A stretch of 64,000 nt of DNA from Thermodesulfobacteriota bacterium (lineage in GTDB: Bacteria > Desulfobacterota > Binatia > Bin18). Made by a program: the position numbers and the translations under genes. The stretch covers positions 2,336,001 to 2,400,000 of the forward strand of contig OZ219926.1 in NCBI GenBank assembly GCA_964291405.2, given 5' to 3'. The notes under the pieces are model-generated. The model saw only the letters and a list, made by a program, of their open reading frames with translations. It did not search any database and was not told where the DNA came from. How positions within the stretch are numbered: position 1 is the first letter of the stretch; every line of letters starts with the position of its first letter. Below are positions 18,844 through 30,192 of this stretch, in pieces.

Positions 18844-21012
18844 ATGCAAGAAACGAACCACTACAGATACCTGACACCTGAAGAAAAGCGCCCTGCCCTG
18901 CACCGTCTGTCCGGTTGGGTGTGCTGCATCATTGTGCTGCTGTGGACGGCAGGGATGGGCTATGGCCACGACATCACCAGTCCTCAGGAAGCCGAGCCCC
19001 CTGCCGGGCCAACGGCACGGCTGCCGCTGATTACTGTCACCGAGCGCCGTCCGGTCAGCGCGGCCACCGAAACTCGGGTGCGCGAAAAAGATTTTGCCGT
19101 CCGGCCACATAACACAGCCTGGGAAATGCTCAATAACCTGCCCGGATTTGTGGCCGGCCAGCACGCCGGGGGCGGCAAAGCCATGCAATACTTCTTGCGC
19201 GGGTTTGATAATGACCATGGTACTGACGTGGCCATCAGTGTTGACGGTATCCCCGTCAATATGGTCAGCCATGCCCACGGTCAGGGCTATGCGGACCTCA
19301 ATTTTTTGATCCCCGAGGTGGTCGAGTCCATTGATTATCGCAAAGGCCCCTATTTTGCGGACGCCGGGAATTTTGCCAACTCGGGCGCGGTCAACTTTGT
19401 GACCAAAGAAGATACTGTCGAAAACTCGCTCCGCGCCGTCGGCGGGTCTTTCAACACCATGCGCTATGTCGGCATCCTGTCGCCGCGCCTCGGGCCGGTG
19501 CAGAGTCTGGTCGCCAACGAAGTCTACTTCACCGATGGGCCGTTCAGACACGGTGAGAATTTTGTCAAATACAATTTCTTCGGCAAGTTTAGCCTCAAGC
19601 CGAGCCCGACCTCGAAGCTGAGTCTGTGGACCTCGCTGTATACTGGAGATTGGGACGCCTCGGGCCAGATTCCACTCCGAGAGGTCAGGAGCGGACGGCT
19701 GGACCGGTTCGGCTCGCTCGACTCGACCGAGGGCGGACGCTCAGACCGGGAAAACGTGAATCTCATCTATACGGCAACCCCAAACTCGGAGGAAAGCTGG
19801 TTTGTGCAGCTCTACTTCAGCCGCTACCGCCTGCGCATGTTCTCGAACTTTACTTTTTTCAGCGGTGACCCGGTGCGGGGCGATGGCATTGAACAACTCG
19901 ATAGCCGCGTACTGTTTGGTGGTCGGGCGCATTATCATCGGGTGTGGACACTTGGCACCGTGCCGCTTGAGAGCACCGTGGGTTTTGAGACGCGTAACGA
20001 TAACGCCGACGTCGGCTTGTTTCGGCAGCAGCGGCGACAACGCTTTTTCACCACCCAGAAAGCCGAGGTCTGGGAGAATGCCTTCAGCGGCTACACCCAG
20101 CACGAGCTGTTTATACGTGAGTGGCTGCGGCTCATCGTCGGCCTGCGCGGTGACGTGTTTGTCTTTGATGTTGATGATCGGTCCCCGCACGAGGTGACGG
20201 ACACTCCGCGGCTCCAAGGTAATACGACCGACGGCATTGTCAGCCCAAAGGCCAGTCTGATTCTCTCGCCCTTTACCAACCCGGCGAGCCTCTGGCACCA
20301 GACCGACCTCTTTCTCAATTTTGGAATGGGCTATCATTCCAACGATGCCCGGGATGCGGTCCAGCCTGGAGGCAGCGGGCTGGCGCGCTCGACCGGCACG
20401 GAAATCGGGGCGCGCACCAGGCTGTATAACCGGGTCGAGTTGGCCTCCTCGCTGTGGTGGCTCGACCTGGGTAGCGAGTTGGTCTTTGTGGGTGACGAGG
20501 GCACGACCGAACAGCGGGGCCCCACACGCCGCTGGGGTGTGGATATCGAACTCCGGGCCGAAGTGTTGCCCTGGCTGCTGCTTGACTACGACTTGACCTA
20601 TAGCGACCCCCGCTTTCGCGTTACGGGCGAGGCCATTCCCCTGGCTCCGACTTTGCTGATGAACGGAGGGCTGACGGCCTACCCGATTGAGAATTTCTCT
20701 GCCGCCCTGCGGGTGCGCTTTCTGGATGACCGAGCCGCCAATGAAGATCGGAGTGTGGTTGCGCGGGGCTATACCCTGATCGACCTGCTGGTGCGCTACC
20801 GGTGGCGCAACATTGAGGTGTCCTTTGATGTGCTCAATCTCGCCGATACCGACTGGCGAGAGACGCAGTTTGCGACAGACTCCTGTCTCCGGCGTGAAGT
20901 CGGTAGAGACAGGAGGTGCCCTCGGAGCGGCGGCGGGCCGGGAATTGCCGATACCAATATGGTGTCCGGTTACGGCATCAAGGTCCGTAGCGGGTTGACG
21001 GTGTTTTTCTAG
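18844..21012 (+). CDS. TonB-dependent receptor
   Basis: Plug domain QHAGGGKAMQYFLRGFDNDHGTD; KGPY; beta-barrel ending in Phe. Confidence 0.92.
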   Translation: MQETNHYRYLTPEEKRPALHRLSGWVCCIIVLLWTAGMGYGHDITSPQEAEPPAGPTARLPLITVTERRPVSAATETRVREKDFAVRPHNTAWEMLNNLPGFVAGQHAGGGKAMQYFLRGFDNDHGTDVAISVDGIPVNMVSHAHGQGYADLNFLIPEVVESIDYRKGPYFADAGNFANSGAVNFVTKEDTVENSLRAVGGSFNTMRYVGILSPRLGPVQSLVANEVYFTDGPFRHGENFVKYNFFGKFSLKPSPTSKLSLWTSLYTGDWDASGQIPLREVRSGRLDRFGSLDSTEGGRSDRENVNLIYTATPNSEESWFVQLYFSRYRLRMFSNFTFFSGDPVRGDGIEQLDSRVLFGGRAHYHRVWTLGTVPLESTVGFETRNDNADVGLFRQQRRQRFFTTQKAEVWENAFSGYTQHELFIREWLRLIVGLRGDVFVFDVDDRSPHEVTDTPRLQGNTTDGIVSPKASLILSPFTNPASLWHQTDLFLNFGMGYHSNDARDAVQPGGSGLARSTGTEIGARTRLYNRVELASSLWWLDLGSELVFVGDEGTTEQRGPTRRWGVDIELRAEVLPWLLLDYDLTYSDPRFRVTGEAIPLAPTLLMNGGLTAYPIENFSAALRVRFLDDRAANEDRSVVARGYTLIDLLVRYRWRNIEVSFDVLNLADTDWRETQFATDSCLRREVGRDRRCPRSGGGPGIADTNMVSGYGIKVRSGLTVFF

Positions 21013-21035
21013 GAGGGACGGCGCATGCGGCGCCT

Positions 21036-22247
21036 CTACTGAAACGGGGCGTCGTTGTCCACGCCTAACAGGTGTTTCCCAACCAGTTCCGAGACCCGGT
21101 CGGGATGGGCGTTGATATGCAACGGCATGGCCTGAAAGTCGCGATAGCGGCGCTCAAAAGAGCCGCCTTCGCGCAAGCCGTTACCGCCCTGGACGCGCAG
21201 GAGCAGGCGCATGGCTTCGTCACACAGCCGAATCGCCGTCATGCTATAGCCAAGCTGGCGTAGATAGTCCGTCTCCGTGGGGATAATACCCGCCTCGATC
21301 CGCGCGTCCGTTTCCGCACAGCCCGTCAGGACGGCTGCACGGGCCGAGCTGATAGCGGCTCCGGCCTGACCGATGTTGAGCTGGACCGCGGGCCGTTCGG
21401 CGACTTTCACCCCAAAAATGGCCACCCGGCCGCTCAGCCCCTGGCAGACTTCCGCCAACGCAGCCGAGGCGATCCCGACCGCCTGCGCGCCGAGCCAGAG
21501 ATCGGACACCGCAACCCAGTCCTCACGATAGCGGTGCGCGACCATAGGGTGATCCGGATCTCGAAATTGGACCCGAAAGTCTAGGGGAAAAGACCGGATC
21601 AACGCAGCCGGAACAGTCACGGCCTCATAATTGACGTGATCGGTGGCCGAGGCCCTCAGGCTCATCGAGAGCCAGGTTGGGTCAACGGACACGCCCTGAG
21701 TATCGGTCCGGACAACGGTAAAACGCAGATCCGGCTTTTCGTCAGGCTGTTGGGTCTCGCGATCAAGCGCAAACAGACAGGCGGTCCAATCCCCGTAACG
21801 AGAACCCGAGGCGAAACTGGCCCGACCGTTGAGGATCAGGTCTTCCCCTTCAATTTTGCCGTGGACGCTGGTGCCCGCCCCTGCGGGAAAACTGACCCAT
21901 TCCCGCTGGGCGACCATCTGCCGCAGGACACTGCTACCGTCCGGACCGAGTTGACCGCAGATAAAGTGGAACACACACAAGTGGTTCCATAGACACCAGG
22001 CGGTTGAAGCACAGGCCCCGGCCACGGCTTCCAACTCCTGGGCGATGGCCCCGATACTGGCCTCGACCCCGCCGATATTGCGCGTGGCTGAAGCCCGAAT
22101 GAGGTCGGTGTTTTTGATGGCGGCAATCACGTCCGGATCGACGCTGCGCGTCCGGTCGGCGTGGGCGGCCTGCTCGGCAATAACGGGCAGGATCGGAGCG
22201 CACAGCAGATCGCTATCGGTGTTGAGAAAGGTCGGGACAGGCTGCAT
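21036..22247 (-). CDS. Acyl-CoA dehydrogenase-fold flavin-dependent hydroxylase
   Basis: ACASTAW, FASGS, W.SMSLRASATD, ERRYRD. Confidence 0.8.
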   Translation of the reverse strand: MQPVPTFLNTDSDLLCAPILPVIAEQAAHADRTRSVDPDVIAAIKNTDLIRASATRNIGGVEASIGAIAQELEAVAGACASTAWCLWNHLCVFHFICGQLGPDGSSVLRQMVAQREWVSFPAGAGTSVHGKIEGEDLILNGRASFASGSRYGDWTACLFALDRETQQPDEKPDLRFTVVRTDTQGVSVDPTWLSMSLRASATDHVNYEAVTVPAALIRSFPLDFRVQFRDPDHPMVAHRYREDWVAVSDLWLGAQAVGIASAALAEVCQGLSGRVAIFGVKVAERPAVQLNIGQAGAAISSARAAVLTGCAETDARIEAGIIPTETDYLRQLGYSMTAIRLCDEAMRLLLRVQGGNGLREGGSFERRYRDFQAMPLHINAHPDRVSELVGKHLLGVDNDAPFQ

Positions 22248-22268
22248 GAGTCACTCCCGGTGGTGGCG

Positions 22269-22892
22269 TTAGGGGGTATGCTCCAGGGCCCACAGAATCA
22301 GGTCGGCAGCCCCCTCGTCTCCCCAGCGGCTGGAGTCGAGCAGCAGGGTATAGTGGCTCGGGTCACGCCAGTCGCCGTGGTAGAAGGTGTGGACGTAATC
22401 TGCCCGCAGTTTGTCCATACCGGCAATCCGCTGCCGGGCTTGGTCTCGGCCCAGGCCTTCGGCCTGGATCACACGCTCAATCCGCGCTTCGAGCGGCGCG
22501 TGCAGGAACACGTGCAGGGCCTTGGGATGGTGCTCAAGAATACGATTCCCGCCACGGCCCACCAGAATGGCATTCCCCTTTTGAGCCACTTCCTCAACGA
22601 TGGTTTTGGTCATGCGGACGAGCTGGGCATCGTTGAGCCACAGCGGCGGCGGAATATCATAGGCGGACTCAAAGCCACCCAGGCCGAACAGACCGACCAT
22701 ACGCTCAATAAAGGAGTCTACCCGCTCGTCTTTTGCGTCAATATAGTCTTCCGCGACCTGATACTGCGAGGCAATCTGCCGCACGATCTCTTTTTCCCAG
22801 ACCGTCCAGCTCAAACGCCGACCCAGCTCACGGGCAATCAGACTGCCACCGCTGCCGTAGAGATGAGATAGAGTCAGGATGGACTTTCCCAT
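22269..22892 (-). CDS. Cytidylate kinase-like family protein
   Basis: LTLSHLYGSGGS..A..LG; ILVGRG; W.DP..Y.L.LDSS. Confidence 0.85.
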   Translation of the reverse strand: MGKSILTLSHLYGSGGSLIARELGRRLSWTVWEKEIVRQIASQYQVAEDYIDAKDERVDSFIERMVGLFGLGGFESAYDIPPPLWLNDAQLVRMTKTIVEEVAQKGNAILVGRGGNRILEHHPKALHVFLHAPLEARIERVIQAEGLGRDQARQRIAGMDKLRADYVHTFYHGDWRDPSHYTLLLDSSRWGDEGAADLILWALEHTP

Positions 22893-23026
22893 GATCGCCT
22901 CCCTATTGACTCACGATGAGTGAGCGCATTCTAGGAACCCGGACGTTCCTTTGTCAATTCTCTCCACAGAGTACACCTCCCCTCCGACAGATATGCCGTT
23001 GCTGGCCACGTTTACTCTGTATCCCC

Positions 23027-24421
23027 CTAGCGCTGGGACACAAACAGAAAAGCACGGCCAACGGCCGGCTTATCCCGGATGTGTTGACCTGGCGCCCCGA
23101 AAACAAACTCCGGGATGTGGTCGGCGTTAATATCGCCGGGTGAGGCCAGCGCATAGCCGAACATCGAACCCTGGTGCGGGTAGGGGTTGTCAAAGGTAAT
23201 CAAATGGCGGCCGTCGCGACCGTTATAGAGAAAGACTTCTCCCTGGACGTAAAACTCATCGACCCTTTGAAATGGGGCGCCGACCAGGATTTCGGGGATC
23301 TCATCCATGTTCACGTCCGGTATGGCAGACATGATCCAGCCAAACCCGGCCGAGGGGCGGGGGGCCGGGTCGTGGAAAGTCAGCAGGAGGGTCCCGTCGG
23401 TCCCGCTAAAGGCAAAGGCCGCCCCCTGGGCGGCGACTGCCCCGACATCCTGATAGGGCGCACCAATAAGCAGGTCCGGGACGCTATCCTCATTCAGATC
23501 TCCGGCCGATGTGACATACCAGCCGAACGACGCGCCGGCCTGCGGCTGGGGGTGATCGATGGGGTACAGCAAGCTGCCATCCGCGCCGCTATACACATAG
23601 GCCCGCCCCTGCGTGCTCCGACCCTCGACAGTGGAGTAGGGCGCACCGACAGCGATATCCGGTATGCCATCGTGGTTCAGGTCGCCCGTCGAGTTGACCG
23701 TCCAGCCAAAACCTTCGGCGCCAGAATCGGGTGGAGGAGCGAGGGTGTGGAGGCCAGTGCCATCGCGGCCACTGAAGACAAACGCCCGGCCTTCGTGGTC
23801 CTGGCTATGCGCGCCCACAATGAACTCGGGAATCCCATCTGTGTTCAGATCCCCGGCAGAGGCGACGGACCAGCCAAACCCCGCGCCCGCGCTTTGCTGG
23901 GGTGCTTCGAGGGAGCGGAGGAGCTGCCCGTCGTGGCCACTAAAGACAAAGGCCTGTCCACTGCCCACGCGTTTACTCACGTTGTATTCGCTGCCGTCCT
24001 CGGCGGTCCAGCCAAAGACCAGCGTCTCCGCGCTACCGGCTTCGCCCTGACCGAAAGCACCAATAATACAATCTGGTACGCCGTCCTGATTCACGTCGCC
24101 AGCCGCGGCAACAGAAAATCCGAATGCGGCATCTGCCTGAGGATGCGGGTCGTCCAGTTCCAGTAAGAGATCGCCGGTCTGACCGTCGAAAATAAAGGCC
24201 CGGCCCTGATGGTTATTCTCGTCCCAGGTCTGCTCGTACGCGCCAACAATATAGTCGGGGATGGCGTCGCCATTCACATCGCCCAGCGTCGATAAGGCGG
24301 AAGAGAAACCGGAAAAGAGCAGTCGATTCGGGGTGTCCAAGGTACGGATTTCCGGCCCCGCCCAGGTCGGGCCGCAGAGGAAGAGCAAGACACTCAGCCA
24401 CAGAAACGGAGCATGCCACAT
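23027..24421 (-). CDS. Secreted FG-GAP (integrin-alpha beta-propeller) repeat protein
   Basis: Signal peptide and about 7 repeats of FG.SV...GD.N.DG.PD.I.GAP...G.A....G.DG. Confidence 0.92.
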   Translation of the reverse strand: MWHAPFLWLSVLLFLCGPTWAGPEIRTLDTPNRLLFSGFSSALSTLGDVNGDAIPDYIVGAYEQTWDENNHQGRAFIFDGQTGDLLLELDDPHPQADAAFGFSVAAAGDVNQDGVPDCIIGAFGQGEAGSAETLVFGWTAEDGSEYNVSKRVGSGQAFVFSGHDGQLLRSLEAPQQSAGAGFGWSVASAGDLNTDGIPEFIVGAHSQDHEGRAFVFSGRDGTGLHTLAPPPDSGAEGFGWTVNSTGDLNHDGIPDIAVGAPYSTVEGRSTQGRAYVYSGADGSLLYPIDHPQPQAGASFGWYVTSAGDLNEDSVPDLLIGAPYQDVGAVAAQGAAFAFSGTDGTLLLTFHDPAPRPSAGFGWIMSAIPDVNMDEIPEILVGAPFQRVDEFYVQGEVFLYNGRDGRHLITFDNPYPHQGSMFGYALASPGDINADHIPEFVFGAPGQHIRDKPAVGRAFLFVSQR

Positions 24422-24497
24422 AGCGATTGTCCTTGGGATGGATTGTCATTCCAGATAGGGAAGAGCCCGTCGGTCATATCCTAGCCCTGACAGGCTG

Positions 24498-25097
24498 TCA
24501 AACCGTCTTTCTCTTGCCGCTCGCCAGCACATAAACTTCGGCCGAGCCCTTGCGCGTCGCTTCCGGGCGGGAGGTTTTGACCGTCTGAAAGGCGGAGCGT
24601 AACGTCGTGACAAAAGGCTGATATTCTGCGCTCATAAAGGTTTTGAGGAATAAGGTGCCGCCTGGCTTCAACAGGGGGCCGCAGCAGCTCAGAGCGGTCT
24701 GGCATAAGGCGGAGACGCGGGCGTCATCGGCCTCACGCACCCCACTCAGCTTGGGCGCCATGTCCGAGAGGACGACATCGGCCGGGCGACCCAGTGTGGC
24801 GAGGAGGGCTTGCTGCTGCTCCGGGTCGGTGGCATCGCCTTGCACCAGGGTGACGTTGGCAAGCGGGAGGGGCTCCAGCTTGACCAAGTCTATGCCCAGC
24901 ACCCGCCCGGACGGCCCGACCGCCTTGGCTGCGACCTGGACCCAGCCGCCCGGCCACGCTCCGAGATCAATGACCCAGTTCCCCGAGCGCAAAAAGCGCC
25001 AGGTACGGTTGAGTTCCAGGAGTTTATACGCCGCGCGGGAGCGATAGCCCTCCTGCTTGGCTTTTTTATAGAAGGCGTCCTTGCGTTTGTAAGCCAC
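24498..25097 (-). CDS. rlmE: 23S rRNA Um2552 methyltransferase
   Basis: YRSRAAYKL, DLGAWPGGW, SDMAP, S.EVY; start placed at GTG 25097. Confidence 0.94.
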   Translation of the reverse strand: MAYKRKDAFYKKAKQEGYRSRAAYKLLELNRTWRFLRSGNWVIDLGAWPGGWVQVAAKAVGPSGRVLGIDLVKLEPLPLANVTLVQGDATDPEQQQALLATLGRPADVVLSDMAPKLSGVREADDARVSALCQTALSCCGPLLKPGGTLFLKTFMSAEYQPFVTTLRSAFQTVKTSRPEATRKGSAEVYVLASGKRKTV

Positions 25098-25108
25098 GAA
25101 CAATTTTC

Positions 25109-25132
25109 TGGGAGTGCGGGCATCCTGCCCGC
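25109..25132. repeat. REP-like palindrome
   Basis: TGGGAGTGCGGGCATCCTGCCCGC (GCGGGCA/TGCCCGC stem), intergenic. Confidence 0.55.
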
Positions 25133-25143
25133 TTGGGGGTCGG

Positions 25144-25914
25144 CTATTTGGGCGCCATGCGAATGGCACCGTCGAGCCGAATGGTTTCACCATTTAACAT
25201 GGCGTTCTCGATGATCTGGCAGGCCAGGGCGGCATATTCTGCCGGACGGCCCAGACGTTGCGGAAAGGGCACGCTGGCCCCGAGCGCCTGCCGGGCCGGC
25301 TCGGGCAGCCCCATCAGCATCGGCGTCTCAAAAATCCCCGGCGCGATGGTACAGCAGCGTATCCCGGTGCGGGACAGGTCGCGGGCAATCGGCAGCGTCA
25401 TGCCGACAACGCCGCCTTTTGAGGCCGAATAGGCCGCCTGGCCGATCTGTCCGTCAAAGGCCGCCACCGAGGCCGTGTTAATGATAACGCCCCGCTCGCC
25501 GTCGTCGCGCGGCGCGTTTTTCGCCATATGCGCGGCGGCGAAACGAATCACGTTAAACGTGCCGATGAGGTTGACCTCAATGGTTTTGCGGAACGGTCCG
25601 AGATTGAGCGGCTCGTTGCCCTTGCCCAGGGTCCGACCCGCGGTGGCAATACCGGCACAGTTGACCGCGATATGAATGGCACCGAAGTGTTCGACCGCCC
25701 GGCTCATGGCGGCCGCCAATTGATCGTCGTTGGTCACATCCGCTTCGAGAAACGTGGCGTTTTCTCCGAGTTCTTGGGCAATGGCGGTGCCGTTCGATTT
25801 ACTCAGGTCCAGTATCGCCACGCTGGCCCCCCGGGCCACCAGCGTCCGCGCCGTTGCTTCGCCCAGGCCGGAACCGCCACCGGTGACGACCGCTACACTC
25901 TGCTGAATATCCAT
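25144..25914 (-). CDS. SDR family 3-hydroxyacyl-CoA dehydrogenase (HSD10-like)
   Basis: [34 protein letters not shown]. Confidence 0.93.
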   Translation of the reverse strand: MDIQQSVAVVTGGGSGLGEATARTLVARGASVAILDLSKSNGTAIAQELGENATFLEADVTNDDQLAAAMSRAVEHFGAIHIAVNCAGIATAGRTLGKGNEPLNLGPFRKTIEVNLIGTFNVIRFAAAHMAKNAPRDDGERGVIINTASVAAFDGQIGQAAYSASKGGVVGMTLPIARDLSRTGIRCCTIAPGIFETPMLMGLPEPARQALGASVPFPQRLGRPAEYAALACQIIENAMLNGETIRLDGAIRMAPK

Positions 25915-25967
25915 GTTTGTCCTCCATCCTTTTATACGCGCTGTGACCTCGGCTCTTTCTGCATGGC

Positions 25968-28900
25968 TCAGGTCTGCCAAGGCCGGATGTAGCGTTGATA
26001 TACTTTTGGCAATTCCGTGGGAAGGGATGTCACGTCTTCGAGGACCATATAGCGGGAGGGCGCGCACATGTCGCGCAGATAATCATGGCCGGCCTTATCG
26101 ATGGTCAGACAGAAGGTCAGCACGCCGGCCTGGTCGGCCTCCCGCAGCGCCATCATGGTGTCCTGAATGCCGTAGGTGGCTGAACGCCGGTCAGTGCCAT
26201 AGTCCATATCCTGGGGAAAGCCGTCGCTGAGCAGGACCAGGAGCTTGACCCGACAGGCGATATCTTTGAGCTTTTCCAGGGAGTGACGAATGGCCGGGCC
26301 CATCCGGGTCGAACGCTTGGGTTCAATCGCACCGATCCGGCCCTTAATGGTCGGAGAGAGAGATTCGGTGAAGGATTTGACGTGATAGAACTCGACATTG
26401 TCGCGGCCCTGACCGGAAAAACCGTAGACCGCGTAGGCATCGCCGATCTCTTCCAACGCTTCCGCCATCAAAACCAGGGCTTCTTTAGTGACATCAATAA
26501 TGCGACGTGGCTTGGGCGGCAGCGTCGCGGGTTTTTTCTTCCACGCGGCCAGCCAATCGTCCGGGTCGTCCTGACTATACGTGGGCGGCAGCGGCACCAC
26601 GGGTTCGTCTGTTGAGGCACTCATATCCAACAGAAACAGGGCCGCAACATCCCGCTCGGTCTGGCGTTTGGTGGTGTAGACCTTGGGCGAGGGCGCAAGC
26701 CGCGCCCGGCGGTCGCTGACCGCGGTCACCACCGCGTTCAGATCAAACTCCTCGCCGTCCTCAAGCCCGCGCACGAGTCGGTACTGCTCGGGTCGGATGC
26801 GTTGAAACTCGGCCTTGATGGCCGGGGTGAGGGCGACATAGTCACCTAACGTCTTGGCAAAAAACTCGCCCGCATCACCGCTGAGCATAATTTCGCGCAG
26901 CCGGCACCAGCGCGCGCGATAATCGGCAATATGATAATCCCACTCGTCATAGAAAAAGGTCAGGGCTTCCTGTCGCTCCCTCCGGCGCCTGGTACTCATT
27001 ACCGTGCCATTCTCGGGCAGGAGCGTGTCCGGGTCGGAGTGGGCAGGCAGCTTGCCGTCCAGGTCCGTAATATATAAGCCCTGCGGGCTCAGGCTGTCCG
27101 GCTTGCTCTGGCGGATGTTGAGCTCTATTCCGGCCTCAAGCAAGGCTTTGAGCTCTTCCGGGGACAGCGGCGCTCCGCCGCTGTCGTCATCTTCCTCGGG
27201 CTCCAGGGCTAACTGAGGTAGCTCCGGCATCTCTTCTGTAGGCGGTGGACTGTCATCGGTCATGTCGGGATCGATGAGCGCATCGCCGGTCATTTTTTCA
27301 AACAGCGCGGCCTCAAACGATGCCGGGTCCTGCTCTTGAGACTGCACCATCACCAGAGAAGACAGAATGCGCTGATACGTGTCGGCCGCCCACCGGGCCG
27401 AATCATATACCGTGTGAGACGGCTGTGAGGGGAGCGGCAGCGTAGCAAAGAGGGCTCGCAAGGTTTCGGGCAGGAGCGAGGGCAGGGATACGGCGTTCAA
27501 CCAGTCGAGGTCCAACCGCAACCCGCGGTAGGACTGACCGATCCGGTGGGTCACGCGCCGCGTTTCCACGAGCAGAAAAAGGGCTTCGACTACATGGGGG
27601 TGGGGGAAACAGGCAAAGAAAGCGCCCAGGCCGCCGGTGGGCAGACCTGAAGCTTCTCTGAGTTGATGGACCTCCGCGGAGAGCTGTGGCCACAGACGTT
27701 CCAGACGAAAGTCGTAGGTGCCAAACTCACGCCGGCCGGCCTGGACCATAGCCAGAGCGCGAAAGAGTCTGAAATTCTCTTCGTACGTCGGAAAAAGGTC
27801 GACCCGGGTCGGCAATGGAATGGCGTCACCGGGAAGGGGACCAGAGGGGCCCGGGGGACCCATCCCCCACGAAACAGCTTCGAGCGCCGGCGGATAGGAG
27901 AAAAATTCCTGACGCTCGATACCGGCCGCCCAGCCGGACAACATCTGGATATACTTGCGCAGCACTTCCTGGACTTCGTCCAGATCGACCCCGGTGTCGT
28001 CGTGGCGGAGGACGCGCAGGCTGGTCCGCGATTCCAGTGCAAAAAAGGCCACCCCCGCTTCTGGGCGGGCGCATCCGATGGACCGTCCCATGGCGATCCA
28101 TTCCAGCAGCCGCTGCTCGCCGGCTTCCTCAAAGGCTCGGGGCAAGGTCCGTATGACGGGGGGAATGCCAGGCACGAAATCCTGGGCCAGAGCAATTAAT
28201 GCCTCGCGCAGGGCAGGCCGCTGCTCGCTTTCAATCGCGTTAAGGCAGGGACCCATGAGCGGAAAGAGCGAGAGCAGGGCCTCGGGGTCGGATCGAATCA
28301 CCGGCGACAGGATAGTCAGCAGAAATATCCGAAGGGAAGACGGCAACCCGGCCAGCACGGCCGGGAGCTGAACAAAGACGCCTGCCGCCGCAGTGGGTGA
28401 ATGGTCGGCCGCAGCCTGACAGTCCACTAATAACTGGAGGCGAATCTTTTCGGCCAGCTCGGCAAAGCCCTCGGGCAGCGCCGTGTAGAATGTCCACGGG
28501 CCGGAATCCTGGACGAGCACGCCTAATACGGCCCACGCCCGCATCTCTTCCGGGCTCAGAACGGACAGGGCGGTCGGGGCTGCGGAAAAATAGGAGAGGG
28601 CCAGAAACTCGCCTTTCCAGCCTTTTTGCCTGAGCAGCGCACTCCCGTGCTTTGCCCAAGCGTGCAGGCGGTCTTTGAGCGGAGCCGGCAGGATCGGCAG
28701 CAACGGAGCCGAGGTCTGCAAGAATTGAGCGCCCAAGCGGCGCGAAACCTGAAGGACTTCACGACCGATAGAGGCCCACGCCTCGATCTGATCCCAGCCG
28801 AGCCGAGCAATCACGTCAGGGGGAATGGAAAAATATGCCGCGGCCCCTTCACGCGAGGTCGGCTCGTCCCGAACAAATCGTTCGCCAACCCGCACCCACT

Positions 28901-29120
28901 GCGCAAACCGATCCTCCCCAAATGTGTGCCAAGCGGCCGGTGCGTTGCGACAGAACACTTGGGCTAAGGTGAGGGAGCTGTTCGCCAGACGATCACCGGC
29001 CTCCAGGAGGGTCTCCCGTGCCGGGGCTGGCAGGGCATCGAGTTCAGCCAACAGGGCTTGGCCTCGTTCATCACCGAGCAAATGACGGCTATCAAACCAC
29101 AGATTTCGAACAGAGGACAT
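25968..29120 (-). CDS. Large NorD/CbbO-like VWA-domain protein
   Basis: [43 protein letters not shown]; long helical N-terminus. Confidence 0.85.
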   Translation of the reverse strand: MSSVRNLWFDSRHLLGDERGQALLAELDALPAPARETLLEAGDRLANSSLTLAQVFCRNAPAAWHTFGEDRFAQWVRVGERFVRDEPTSREGAAAYFSIPPDVIARLGWDQIEAWASIGREVLQVSRRLGAQFLQTSAPLLPILPAPLKDRLHAWAKHGSALLRQKGWKGEFLALSYFSAAPTALSVLSPEEMRAWAVLGVLVQDSGPWTFYTALPEGFAELAEKIRLQLLVDCQAAADHSPTAAAGVFVQLPAVLAGLPSSLRIFLLTILSPVIRSDPEALLSLFPLMGPCLNAIESEQRPALREALIALAQDFVPGIPPVIRTLPRAFEEAGEQRLLEWIAMGRSIGCARPEAGVAFFALESRTSLRVLRHDDTGVDLDEVQEVLRKYIQMLSGWAAGIERQEFFSYPPALEAVSWGMGPPGPSGPLPGDAIPLPTRVDLFPTYEENFRLFRALAMVQAGRREFGTYDFRLERLWPQLSAEVHQLREASGLPTGGLGAFFACFPHPHVVEALFLLVETRRVTHRIGQSYRGLRLDLDWLNAVSLPSLLPETLRALFATLPLPSQPSHTVYDSARWAADTYQRILSSLVMVQSQEQDPASFEAALFEKMTGDALIDPDMTDDSPPPTEEMPELPQLALEPEEDDDSGGAPLSPEELKALLEAGIELNIRQSKPDSLSPQGLYITDLDGKLPAHSDPDTLLPENGTVMSTRRRRERQEALTFFYDEWDYHIADYRARWCRLREIMLSGDAGEFFAKTLGDYVALTPAIKAEFQRIRPEQYRLVRGLEDGEEFDLNAVVTAVSDRRARLAPSPKVYTTKRQTERDVAALFLLDMSASTDEPVVPLPPTYSQDDPDDWLAAWKKKPATLPPKPRRIIDVTKEALVLMAEALEEIGDAYAVYGFSGQGRDNVEFYHVKSFTESLSPTIKGRIGAIEPKRSTRMGPAIRHSLEKLKDIACRVKLLVLLSDGFPQDMDYGTDRRSATYGIQDTMMALREADQAGVLTFCLTIDKAGHDYLRDMCAPSRYMVLEDVTSLPTELPKVYQRYIRPWQT

Positions 29121-29129
29121 GAATAAGGA

Positions 29130-29191
29130 GGGGGATGGGGGTTAGGGATTAGGGGTTCGAGGCCAATCCCCAACTCCCAATCCCCGATCCC
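29130..29191. repeat. Inverted heptamer array with four G-runs on each strand
   Basis: GGGGGAT GGGGGTT AGGGATT AGGGGTT followed by AATCCCC AACTCCC AATCCCC GATCCC. Confidence 0.8.
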
Positions 29192-29196
29192 AATTT

Positions 29197-30111
29197 CTAC
29201 ACATAGGTCAGCCAATCCCGATATTTTGGATTGGTGCCTTTAATGACGGTATCGAAGCGGGCCTTGAGCTCTCTTGTGATCGCTCCGGGCGTTCCCCCAC
29301 GGATCACACGGTCATCGAGCTCGCGAATCGGTGTCACCTCTGCGGCCGTACCGGTAAAAAAGACCTCGTCGGCAAGATAGACCTCGTCCCGGGTGATCCG
29401 ATCCTCCTCCAGCGGGACGTCCATATCTCGCAGCAGGGTGATGGCGGTATCGCGGGTAATACCGGGCAGGAGCGAAGACGAGAGCGGAGGCGTTTTGATC
29501 TTGCCCCGCCGGACGACAAAGATATTTTCTCCCGGCCCTTCGGCCACGTAGCCGTCGGTATCGAGCAGCAGGGCCTCGTCATAGCCGAGGGACCAGACCT
29601 CTTGGCCGGCAAGAATGGAATTCAGGTAGGTGCCGACGGCCTTGGCCTTGGTCATCAGGGTGTTAACATGAAAGCGTTGAAACGACGAAGTCTTGACCCG
29701 AATGCCCTTGAGCAGCCCTTCCTCGCCCAGATAGGCCCCCCAGGCCCAGGCTGCAATGGAAACGCGAATCGGGTTGGTCCTGGCGTGCAGGCCTCGATCC
29801 CCCTCGCCCACAAAGACCAGAGGACGGATATAGCATTCCTTGAGCGCATTGGCCCGAACCGTTTCCAGGCAGGCCTGAATAATATCCTCTTGAGAAAAGG
29901 GGATGGTAAGCCCGAGGATGTGGGCCGAGTCGAACAACCGCTCGATATGTTCGGATAAGCGGAAAACGCCGGACCGACCGTCTTCACCCGCATAGCAGCG
30001 AATGCCTTCGAATACACCCACACCGTAGTGGAGTGTATGGGTGAGGACATGGACTTTTGCCTCGTCCCAAGGAACGAGTTCACCGTCCATCCAGATTTTG
30101 CCGTTTTCCAC
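29197..30111 (-). CDS. ilvE: Branched-chain amino acid aminotransferase
   Basis: LHYGVGVFEGIR, EGPGEN, LPGITR, GTAAEVTP; GAGGAGG SD before GTG. Confidence 0.96.
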   Translation of the reverse strand: MENGKIWMDGELVPWDEAKVHVLTHTLHYGVGVFEGIRCYAGEDGRSGVFRLSEHIERLFDSAHILGLTIPFSQEDIIQACLETVRANALKECYIRPLVFVGEGDRGLHARTNPIRVSIAAWAWGAYLGEEGLLKGIRVKTSSFQRFHVNTLMTKAKAVGTYLNSILAGQEVWSLGYDEALLLDTDGYVAEGPGENIFVVRRGKIKTPPLSSSLLPGITRDTAITLLRDMDVPLEEDRITRDEVYLADEVFFTGTAAEVTPIRELDDRVIRGGTPGAITRELKARFDTVIKGTNPKYRDWLTYV

Positions 30112-30192
30112 AGAAGCCTCCTCGCAAAAAGAAGTTTTTTGCAAATCAGAAGCCCTGGGGAAAGTCAACGGGTGGGCGCGTGTCCGAGTCGT

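Noticed and set aside
10325-21012. Prophage or integrative element at tRNA-Asn
   Set aside because: No integrase, no duplicated tRNA 3' end and no phage genes seen.
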